Below, in pieces: positions 14,674 through 26,900 of a stretch of DNA of 64,000 nt. The stretch comes from Trichoplax adhaerens (Eukaryota; Animalia; Placozoa), in contig NW_002060968.1 of NCBI RefSeq assembly GCF_000150275.1, positions 720,244 through 784,243 on the forward strand, given 5' to 3'. The notes under the pieces were generated by a model. The model saw only the letters and a program-made list of their open reading frames with translations. It had not been told where the DNA came from and did not search any database. Both the position numbers and the translations under genes were made by a program. Within the stretch, counting starts at the first letter, position 1. Each line of letters opens with the position of its first letter.

Positions 14674-15109
14674 TGTCACAAACCAGCTTCGTGACAACGA
14701 TAACGTAAAACAAATCTCTAAATTACTAAAGTCTCCGGGATTCATTATCCCTACTCACAAGAATTCAGACGCCTTTGATTCAACCTTAAACTCAACTAGA
14801 CAATTGAGAACTGCTTTATTCAACTATCTGACGGGCTTATATACCCTTCTACAGCAGCTAACATTCACAAGTCATCTTATAAAAGTACTTGGGTGAGAAC
14901 ATCTACTAACTAGTTTTTCACAGTCGGACTACAATATGTCCATTCATAGAATCATTTCAGCACACATTACAGCACAGTAATAAATTTACTGTAACACATT
15001 TATAATTGAAGTAATTCCTATTGTAAGGAACTAGATGTAATATAATATCACTATGTTATATTAACCAAATTTAGATAACTATTTCTTCACGGTAGTTCGT
15101 ACCGTGACA
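14674..15109 (-). mobile_element. Solo LTR, family B (436 bp)
   Basis: TGTCACA...CGTGACA termini with a perfect 5-bp TSD CTTCA on both sides. The first ~35 bp resemble family A (tgtcacaaaccagctt...gataacgtaa). A minus-strand TATATAA precedes AATAAA. Confidence 0.85.
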
Positions 15110-18100
15110 CTTCAGTATTATCATAAATTGAAAGTCGTTACAAAATTTTTTATCAAAATCTTATGAAAAACTGCTAGGGCTACAATAGCGGTCAAGAACT
15201 AATGTAGCAACTGAAATGCTAGATGTAGAAATAAAATTGGACAATAAAGCTTACCGCCCATAACGATTTACTAAGTTCAAGCGATTAAACTTCCTTTCAA
15301 AATTCTCTACGACGTAAAATATTAACGTAAAGATTACAGTGACTACTTGAATTACTAGAAAAAATAGAGATCTAGGCTTAATATCTGACTTACTGTTATG
15401 AAATCAGTTCTATGAAAAGATTACAAAAAAAGATAATTCTACTAATTATCCCCCTGAAACATGTATCCAAGCTTTAAAAATTGCCTAAGAAACTTTTGAG
15501 AATACTTATTCCTAATCCTACAGATTCTCAGTGATTTACACATTTTCTAATTTGCGTTAAGCAGTAAAATTTGGAACGAACTTTATTAAAAAAAAATACC
15601 GGGCTTCTATAACTCTTTATATTAGCTAGAATTTACAATTAGTATCAAAAGCGAGCATAAAATCAGCTAAAAAATGGAAATCTAGATGCCTTATGAATAT
15701 AGTGACGATTACAGACATATATATCTGATGATTAATACAAGACAAATAGATTTAATATTTTCATTCACAGAACTATCAAGCCAAAATATACAATCTAATG
15801 TGAATTAGTCAGAACCATATATTACGGCACAAGATGAGCAAATATAAACTATCTTGTTATCTGATTTAACATTATGTTACTTAAAATTGCTAGACGACGC
15901 CAAACTGAAATAGCAATTCGATAAGTACTAGTTATATCAAGTAACGTCGTAAAACCAAACACTTTACGGTACTGCATGAGATTAATGTAATATCTTCCTA
16001 GCCGATATAAATTATAAAGGTTAAGCAACGTTCGAAAAACCATAATTGGTTTCCATTAAGGTAAAGTACTTTAAATTTGATGCCTTAGTCTTTGAACATA
16101 ATTGTTGAGCTTACGCCTTCGCTATATCTAATCTAGGGTTAACTAACATAAAAACTAACAAGCTCCTAAAGATGTTAGAATCTAGACGGAAACTACTTTC
16201 TGTTAAGGGAAAAATTTATGCGCAATCTGCGTACAGAATGATAAACTATGATAATATAAGAAGAGGACATAAATGTATAATTCTAGGCCATATGCGACAC
16301 TTACCCGTCAATTGTCGCTGTTAAATAAGCAACATTGTAGTTTTTCCGCTGTTTAAATATTTCCAGGTAAAGTTCAGTTGACGTTATAGTTTCTGTAAAG
16401 ATATAATTGACTTAAAAAATATTCTTTGCTATTGAAACTTTGCTCATGAACTATGTATTTGCTCTCATATACTATTTAAGTAGTAGAGTTTGCTTCTATA
16501 AACTGAAATAAAAGCGTTTTTTCTAATAGTATCGTAATGCTTAAGATATCTTGTTTGGATCCAAGGTTCATCTTGGCATCGCTTTGCTAAAAATACCGAA
16601 ATTTCTTTTCTGTATTGCAATAGTTGGCATGATTAATTTCGAATTAGAAGTAAGAAATTCAGGAACAGTTGCTGCATTATTCAGTAAAAATGTATTAGTA
16701 GATTCACTTTTTCCCTCATTAGTCTGTTATGACTTAGGTGAATACAGTACGAGGATAGCTACAAGAATTAAATTGTACATTAAAATGCGACCGCTTTTAT
16801 GAAAATTAAATTCTATAATCAATTAGTTAATATATCATTACCATTTATAGTGATATTTTTAATGGTGACTTAAATATATAAAAATGGTTTAAGAATTTTA
16901 CAATATTGAATACTATCAGAATTTCCTTTAAGCTTATATTGCAGCTTTTCAATAATAATCTTTTAATATCTATCAAACAGTAGCGTTAAAATTAAACTTT
17001 TAAATGTTAGATCTTAACAAACACAGACTTCATTATTAACAATTTATAGCGTATAAGAAGTAGCAATCTTTTTTTCACATCTTGAGAAAATGTCGATCTT
17101 GAGGGGGTATAAATTGTTCATAGCTATTATCAAGCCTAAAGCGCTTTCGTCAGTTCTAATGATGATCACCGAATATTCCTGTTGCAGAGATTGATGGGCT
17201 GTAAATAAGAAGATTGCGCGATGCTTCCAATTGAATTTAGGAATAAACCTAAATTTTGTCCAGGTTAACATCTAGTTATCATTATTAAAACTTAAGTCGA
17301 ATATGAGGCTAACAAAACAATAGTATTCTGAGATAAGCATTTCTAGTATCTGCTGCCGGTGGCTGATAGAAGTTTTGTTAAAACTACTTAAGACTAGATA
17401 TGATAATCTCTTGTTGACACTTTACAGAAAGCTTTATAATGTATACGCCTATAATTGCTATATATAAGCAGTTATTTTACGTTACAGGTTTTAGCAATCA
17501 CAATGTAATGTTATTAATTTTATTTGCAAATATTCGTATAGTGACAATTGTATTTACCATCCAGTAATAATTCCCAAATTTTAAGCATACATCTGCGAAA
17601 TTGTAATGCAGGTGTAAAGCCAAATATAATCACTACGCTATTTCTGTCCGGATATTGAATGTTAGGAAATAAGTCATGAATTATTTTTTGTCTAGCTTAG
17701 ACATGTAGTCTGGTAACAACACGTTCTGTTAATATATGAGAACAACGAATTTATTTATTGATGTTTGTAAATAATTCAGACTAGGATGGCGATGTTTGTT
17801 TTTCATTGAATATTACCTAAGCAATTTTTATGCTAGCAATAGACACACATTGATGTATTCCCAATTAGATAGAATTTGTTCTTTACTGTTAAAGTACTAA
17901 TATGCCAAATCTAAATATTTTAAAAATATTATTCATAGGATGACTAAATTAGCAAAGGTGAATAATGATCACTCAATTATTCCATTAGCAGTTACCTAAA
18001 TTTGTATAATATTGAATAGCAGAGCTCTATCCACTTCAATTAATTTAATACTGGGCCAGTCGCAACTGAAAATAATCTCTTAATATCTAGGTTTAACTAG

Positions 18101-20814
18101 GGTGAGTGTCGGATATTTCTGCAATCAGTTGAAATACGGCAAGCCTCAATATCGAGCAGTGAGATCATTACCAGGTGGAAAAATTTCTCTGCATTGTTAA
18201 TTTACCGGAAGAAAATATAATCTTAAACAATTTACCATCAATGGTTAATAGATTAAATAATGCTCAGTATAATAACTTTGAAATTTATTGTCAGCTATAG
18301 ACGTCAAACAGTTCACCTGCATTGAAAAATTTTTGTTGTAAATTAAAATTACATCCAATTCTAATCGACATCTTAATATGCTGGTATCTAGGTTATTATA
18401 ACATGTTTTAGTCTTGAACTAATTTGATTAATTTGTTATTTTATAAGGAGGTGTTAAAAAAATATTATATTTTTATTTAGCTCAATAGTCTCTGTATGAA
18501 AATTAAATCATTGGAATAATTTTGTTAGAGCAAAACTGTGCCTACCTACTATTTGATCCAATTAATTATATAAGAAAATTTCTTGGAGCAATTTTGAGCA
18601 GGTTAGAGATTATGTTGTTTATCTAAGTTGAATCTAAAGACCATGTGCTATAGTATAGTCTTTAAATTGATTGTTATTTTATCATTTTACTATAGCTGCA
18701 TTCATTGATTTAAATTGTTAACTTTCATTATTGAAAGGATTTGTGCTACGAGTATATGCGTAAGCAGGTTACTATTGAAATATACTACAATACAATTTTT
18801 AGCGTTTCTTTTCCTTAGATAAAGTGAAGAAAAATTAATTCAGTTAATTAACATCTTGCTATTGCTGAATAAAGTTACAGAAATAGTATGCCTTGTTTTG
18901 AACGCAAATGTCATTTGAAAAATAGATTCATGAAACTTGGTCATTTTAGTAATATAATTTAATAGCTGAAGTGCAGTCTTTTTTTTGCAAAGTCAATTCT
19001 AATTTCAGTAAACAGATGGCGAAAAGTTGTATGATGTGAAAATGAGCGATTAGTTAAATACAGCATTATTAAATATCTATTTATCGCGTTAGAAATATAT
19101 TTGCTAGAATAATCAGGAATATGAGATCGTAAGAAACCTACTCATTTTGAAATGAAAGTAAGTTTAGATTAACCAGGACTTAAAAAGATACTATTTTTGA
19201 GTGCTTTTCACAAAAATACAGTGATAACGAAAAGTTATAAAAGTCTCTTATTTTAACAGGATTGCATTGAATACTTTTTGACAAATCAATCGAAAATAGA
19301 TTTTAGAAGACATTGTAATAACAAAAGATTCTATGATTCTATCTTTTACATCCAAAGTTCTCTATCTGTATTACATGAAATATAATGGTCTATTATTATA
19401 ATTGATTTTCAAGATAGGATCTATCGTTGGATATAGAAAGCGATTATAGCAATTTATCATCTCACTTATCTATTAGTCGACAATCTTTATCGATACATCA
19501 GCTGTCATACAATATTATTAGATGTCAAACAAGTATTTGGTGCTCACCAATGCGTACTATCATCATTTAATTTTTTTCAGCCAGCATTTAATTAAAGCTG
19601 GACGCTTATTTGCAACCGCTTTTCACATTGATACTTTAATTAATAGACTGTTTTACAGATTATATTACTACACTTTTTGGGGTTAATAGTGATAATTGTC
19701 AATCAAAATGATCACCTTTATCAAGTGCAATGTTCATTACGGATCTCCTCTACTTGATTTGGATTTAGTATATCATAATTTGAACCGCACTAAGTTGAAA
19801 TTAAAATTGAAATTACACTTCGATCTTTAAAATCATGTTCTATTTGTTAAATACAATAAAATTAAATTACGGACATTGTTTCTTGGGTATCAATAAATAA
19901 AATTATTTTCGATTTTTGACCGTCATTAATCATTAGTGGTACAAAAGAAGATCATAATGAATTAATAGGATACCTATACGTATTATAGAATAAGAATGAT
20001 GTAAAGTGATTAAAAACAATTGATCATGGTTTTTCTGGTTAAAATAGTGCAGATTTTTGCTATCCTAATCGTAAAACAAAGACGTCAATAACTACTTGAG
20101 TACAATCATTATTATCTAAATGAAAATAATGTATTCATATCTACTGAATATTCGATCTTAATTGTAAGAAAGGCTAATTAAGGATTTAACACAACATGAC
20201 AATTTTTTAAGGCGGATATTAGGATATTATTTATCTTTCGATTGCGGTTGCTGACATTGTCTATAATTAATGACTGTAAACTATGATTTTCATCCTTGAA
20301 ATAGTTTGGTTCGTGGAAATCTTAATATAGACGCAATTATGATCTACATATATCAATGATTTAACTTCTCAACCTACGTATTTTGCTAGTAATGAAATCA
20401 TGACGCCATCTATGTCGTCGATTATTTTCTATTCAATGTTGTGAATAGAAATTGTGCTAAGTTTAGAATGGCGATAAAATAGAACTATTTTTACTATATT
20501 TCTAGCTAATTCTAAGATGAAAGAATATATTATCAGACAATACTTTATTTTAACTAGGTAGTAAAAAATGATCAAATAAAGCACGGCAAAGGATTGGAAA
20601 TTTAAATTATCTTCGTTTATTAGCCTTTAAAAGATTTCGACAAAAGGATGCTATATTTGCTAAATATATCTTATCAAAACAGAAGATAATGAAATTTATT
20701 TCTATGAAATAGCAAAAAATAGCTTGAATAATCTTATTCTCTTTTGATTTAATGCTTTATTTTCAATTCATTCCAAAGATCAATTCACATGCAGAATCAT
20801 TGTGTGGATAAACC

Positions 20815-20821
20815 TATATAA
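20815..20821 (+). promoter_or_regulatory. Candidate TATA box of the peptide precursor gene
   Basis: cctatataagg lies ~115 bp upstream of the ATG at 20934. Confidence 0.45.
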
Positions 20822-20933
20822 GGTTTGTACTAGCTGCATTTGCTATCATAATTCATCAAAGAAGTTTGCGAACGAACATTTGAATCAGTTTTAAATCAAT
20901 TTTCTTTCCAAAGTTAACTACAGATATCCAAAA

Positions 20934-23900
20934 ATGAAATATTTAGCCGTTGTAATCGTAAGTTCACTCTTTACTATTCATGTTGTAATAACATACCTTT
21001 TTGATTGATAGAATGATCCTGGAGTATGTAAAATTAACTATATCAGCTATCAGTACTTTCTAAAATAATGTCTGACAATTTCATCAAAGTCGGTGCTTGC
21101 AATTTTAGAATATGCAGCGTATACTTTCAAACTATTGTACGTATTACAATACTGGAAGCTGCTGTCTACAATTATTTCAGAAACTCTTAATAGTCATTTT
21201 ATGACCCGAAACTTGATAGTCATTTCTAAAAATAATTGTGTGATGTGATGATATGTACTGAATTACTGTGCTTTCGCAGCTAAGATTTCAGTTTAGAAAG
21301 TAGTCATATTCACCTGTAATGAATTTTAAGTACCGATACTTCTGGCAGCTATTGTAATGTAATAAACAATAGCCAAATCAATTTCTAAAAGCGTTGTATT
21401 ATAAATAAATTAACAAAAACTTTACTTTGTAAATTATCTTCTAGTTTGCTTTTGTCGCCGTTGCTATTGCAGGTAAGAATACGAAATCGCTAAGCCCAAT
21501 ACGTGTTAAACTAATACTGATGAATGTAAATTTATCAAAGAATGCAAATTTTCGCTGATACCCATTATCATTCTTAGCCAGACAGTACAAAACTCCAGAA
21601 AACTGCTTTATCATATTATGATAGTTTTAGCTGACATTTATTAGATGAGAAGATCTATGTCCATATAGAAACGCTAGTGATTACTTATTACTATTTACTA
21701 GCAATATTGAAGTCGTAATCATTTCGGAAACCTTAAAAGTCAAATGTCTAGTGTGAAATGTTTGTAAAATGTCTTTGAAGATACAATTTCATTTCGATCT
21801 TAAACACCTTACACCGTACTATATATCGATTGACTATTTATTCTGCAACAATAAAGGCAATCTTTAGTACTATACTCTAAATTTACTTACGTTGATATAT
21901 AATGTTTTACTAACATTACTTTCTTTTCTTATATTTTTCTATCATTAGCCCCAGCACTCCAAGAAAATAGTAAGTACAATATAGGAATTAAATTATTGCT
22001 AATCTACGTTATAATTATTCTTATTCTATCTTATTTCATTTTGCTTTTTAATATTAAATTTAAAAAATCATTATATTCCATAGTCTATTTTATGCAGTTA
22101 TACATATAATTGCTACCGTGTTGTTGATAAGTAAGTCCAAATAATTATTAAATTAATTATTAGAAATGTAATGAAGACCTTCTAAGTAGTGAATATATTT
22201 AAATTTTAAATAAGATCAAAAAGTGGTACTGCTTAGTAAATTTTCCATTATCAGAAGACAATGAAGGATAGATATTGGTTGAATTGCAGTTTATCACACA
22301 ATAATCAGTGATTTACAAAGAATACATCATGTCATCCATTATAGTCACATTATTTAGATTGATATTAATTTGCATCATCTAAAAAAGCACTTAAATATAC
22401 GGAAATGGACTCGTATTTCGATGTTCTTTATGGGACCGATATATTTTCTTTATTATATAGTTAGCTATTCTTTCAAGGTAAACTAAGCCAAAAAAATATT
22501 AATTTAGATGAACAATACTTTGTAATTTATCCAGAGAATTGAATTTCAATAGCGATATAATATTTCTGACTTCAAACAGGATTATAAATTAAAGTAGCAA
22601 ATGACTGTGTTGGTACCATATTTTTGATATTCCTAGCTGATCCGAGCCGTAAGCTATGAATGATTAATCACAATAGTGAGATTTATACTTACGATTACAA
22701 TGATAAATCGTGACTATATTTATACAAATTAAGGCTTGTGTTGATTGCCTCATTTTACAGTTATTACTGTATTGATCTGCTTTCAGAAATCCGATAAAAT
22801 AGGCTATGCAGTAAATATTTACTTAGATATAAGTGTTTGAATTGAGAAAAATATCATTGAAAGCTAATTTATGCAATGCAAATGTAATTTTAATGCACTT
22901 GGGCAAATCAGTACTGTTAATATATAATTTCATGTTATGATTACTTTCTACCTTATTTAAATGCTATAAATATACTAGATGACGTTTTCAATGTAATTAT
23001 TTAAAGTTAGTTTATTAACTTGCCAATATTGAAGTATTAGGTTATTACCGTTGATCAAATATAGCGAATACAATCCACTGCTACCTTTATTATTCTATAA
23101 ACTGTAAAATCTTGTAAATTTTTTACAATTAAATTGCTAAGGTTAATTAGCGGATTGCATAGCTGGCTACATCCACTATAGAATTAGTAATTTTCAAAAA
23201 AATTTTCTATTGCCTATATATTGGTAATTTGCCGTATAAAATCTTTCAAATATTTAGATAGAGAAGTATATTCGTATAAGCTCGAATGAAAGAGTTGCAT
23301 AGGTTTGATATTAAGATTGAACGACAAAATTTTTTATATTTTACGTTATCAGCTGAAATCGATTGGTTCGAAAATCGAGGAGACCACGGTAAAGAATATT
23401 AAAATCGTTTTAATTACACAAATTATGATTTGATCACATAATTTAAAGCTCCTATAATTATAGCATTATAACTAATTTTACTACTAGTTTGTCTACATAT
23501 ACATGCTAGAAAGGCTATTTTTAAGATGCTTGTTCTTTAATAAATTTACAGATCAACTACCAAGTATCTAGAAAAATTAACGTAAAACAAATTTCTAAAT
23601 TACTATAGTCTCCGGGATTCAGTATTCCTTAACTACCTGATAAGAATTTCACACCTTTGCTTCTACGTTAAACAACTATAAAACTATTTTTTTATTCAAC
23701 TATCTGCCAAGCTTAAATACCCTTCAGCAGCAGCTATCATGTATGAGTCATAACAGTACACAAAATTTAGCTCCTATCGGATAGCTAAATTAATACAGAC
23801 ATTATTTATAATTTAGAACATTTACTGAATGATTCTAGGTAATTAGACTACATTATATCCACACTCAGAATTATTTATAGTATCATCATTAATTGAATAT

Positions 23901-26900
23901 CTGTAGGATATTCATCACAAGCGTTACTAGACATAACGTTATCATCAATTAATATAAGTTAACTTATGAGAGCTCTTACTACAATACAGCATAATTTACC
24001 ATAATAACATAGTAACTACTGTAATTCTTACTGTAAGTCATTATTAGTTATCTCCATATACAAATGTTAAACACTAAATTTAGTCATTTACTCTCACGAA
24101 GGTTCGTACCGTGACAACGGAATATATGTATAAAATCATACCTTATTTCGATTGTACTTTAAGTAGTGAAATTTGATTTCCTAAATGATTCATGTAAATT
24201 ATGATACTTTATTGGTTACTTTTTGTTATCGATAATCTCGTTACGAAAATAGTCAGCCTATTTAAGAAATATAAAAGAATACATAGTGCTAAAGTACGCT
24301 ATAAAAAAGCTTATAGTAAACTTTAATTTTTACTGTTATTTTCATGCTTGGATATTACAGTGTGTTAGATAAGTAGTTTGTCTACTTATATATGGTAGAA
24401 AGCTTATTTTAAACATGCTTATTTTTATATAAATTTATAGACGAAAGGAATGATGACCTAATGTCATGTATGTACAGCGAATATACGTTAAATACCACAC
24501 TTTATGTTGATTGCACTTTAAGTGGAGAATTTCGATTTACTATTTGATTCATTTAAATTATGAAACTTCATTGGTATTCTTTGCAATCTATAATCTCGCA
24601 ACGTAAACAGACAACCTTTTTAAGAAACGTAAGAGAAAAGATGCTGCTATAGTTCATATAAAGACTTAAAAGAAAATATTAATATTTACTTCTATTTTCA
24701 TGCTTTGATAATTAATCATAATTATTACAATAATTGCAGAGCAAGAAATTCCACCTGGCATGGGAGGTAATAAGTGTTCAAAAATAATAAATCTTACTAT
24801 TAAATTTAAGATAACTACAAAATTTTCTTACAAAGCAAGAAAAACATTTATAATTCCGAAATGCTATTTACTCAATGTGTTTAATGCATGATTAATGCTG
24901 TATAACTTTAATTTTTTAATTGCTTTACAGTTAGTTTTTTCAAGAGAAAAAATTGTAAGTAGTGTTGTGTAACTGAACTATATTGCCGATTTTGGCCAAG
25001 TCAAGGAAAATATCTGACCATCTGACTAAAACTGTTTCAAATAATCTTACCTTTTATCCATGTTAGCCTTTCCTAATAGAAGTAAGGCATTGTTAATATA
25101 CCTCAAAGCCTATTTCATTCAAATTAAGACCGTTCTTATCGATATCTAAACTTAAATCAATCTTTATACATTTATAGTGAACCAAATCAAGAGACAAGGT
25201 ACGTAAGCTGTAATTTTTGATGTAAGAAATGGCATTTATTTCTCAATTATAAATAATGTCAATAATTTTTTTCCAATCGAACACTTTTCCATTTTTTCCG
25301 TCGCTACATTTAACCTCTAGACCGTAAGTTAAAATTTATTAGGAAGAAATAATTATAGAATTTGCAATACAGTACTTTACATAGTGGATATTTGCAATAT
25401 GGCCTTCATTTACTAAGGCAAATTGATTCCCAACTAAAACACTGTTTTCAATATTTTTCTTCCATATCCTTTCAATCGTTAGCTAACCATAAGTCCATAA
25501 TAAAATACAAATATCAACTGTATTTCTTTTAAAAGAGATTTTTAATTGCTTGATATCTAATTGATAACGTTTATTTTGCTTTATAGTTAGCTTATTCAAG
25601 AAGGAAGGTAATTTTTTAGATATTTGATGGCAGAAATGAAAATTTTCAGTCATTATTTAGTTAAATAAATCAATCTTAATCAAATCATTTTCTTGATAAC
25701 TTCTGAACCATTAGCTGATCAACGTAAGTCTGTAAATAATCAGAAAAATAATTTTTTACATTCATGTTAAAGTAGAATTACAGTTGCTTAATTTTGGTTA
25801 ACATCATATATTTTGCCTTACAGTTGCCTTTTTCAAGAAGGAAGGTAATTTTTCGATATTTGACGACAGAAAGAAAAATTTCAATCATTACTTACTAAAC
25901 TAAATCATCCTTGATCGATCTTTTATTTTGGTATCCTATCAAATAGCTCCTACTCCCGGCTGTAAGTCTGCAATTAACTACGAAAACCAATTTTTGTATT
26001 TTATTTTGTAACAGAATATCAATAGCTAGTTATCTGATTGATACTGTATTTTCGCTTTACAGTTGCCCTTTTCAAGAAGGAAGGTAATTTATTAAATATT
26101 TGATAGCTGAAAGGAAATTCTAATCATTATTTGGTTTACTAAAATATTACTTATCAATCTTTTTCTTTGGTGTCCTATCAAATAGCTCCTACTCCCGGCT
26201 GTAAGTCTGCAATTAACTACGAAAACCAATTTTTGTATTTTATTTTGTAACAGAATATCAATAGCTAGTTATCTGATTGATACTGTATTTTCGCTTAACA
26301 GTTGCCCTTTTCAAGAAGGAAGGTAATTTATTAAATATTTGATAGCTGAAAGGAAATTCTAATCGTTGTTTGGTTTACTAAAATATTACTTATCAATCTT
26401 TTTCTTTGGTGTCCTATCAAATAGCTCCTACTCCCGGCTGTAAGTCTGCAATTAACTACGAAAACCAATTTTTGTATTTTATTTTGTAACAGAATATCAA
26501 TAGCTAGTTATCTGATTGATACTGTATTTTCGCTTAACAGTTGCCCTTTTCAAGAAGGAAGGTAATTTATTAAATATTTGATGACTGAAAGGAAATTCTA
26601 ATCGTTATTTGGTTTACTAAACTATTACTTATCAATCTTTTTCTTTGGTGTCCTATCAAATAGCTCCTACTCCCGGCTGTAAGTCTGCAATTAACTACGA
26701 AAACCAATTTTTGTATTTTATTTTGTAACAGAATATCAATAGCTAGTTGTCTGATTGATACTGTATTTTCGCTTTACAGTTGCCCTTTTCAAGAAGGAAG
26801 GTAATTTATTAAATATTTGATAGCTGAAAGGAAATTCTAATCGTTATTTGGTTTACTAAACCATTACTTATCAATCTTTTTCTTTGGTGTCCTATCAAAT

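Noticed and set aside
22098-22130. 33-nt candidate exon IIHIIATVLLI
   Set aside because: It is frame-compatible with a strong donor, but its hydrophobic sequence is atypical for a propeptide. Left out of the model pending cDNA.
23376-23384. RGD motif in the precursor (ENRGDH)
   Set aside because: A single tripeptide in a cleaved propeptide; likely chance.
24441-24766. Apparent poison exon (T|AG stop on joining 24467 to 24740)
   Set aside because: The intervening 18-nt exon 24611-24628 (YNLFKK) restores an open junction (C|AG = Q).
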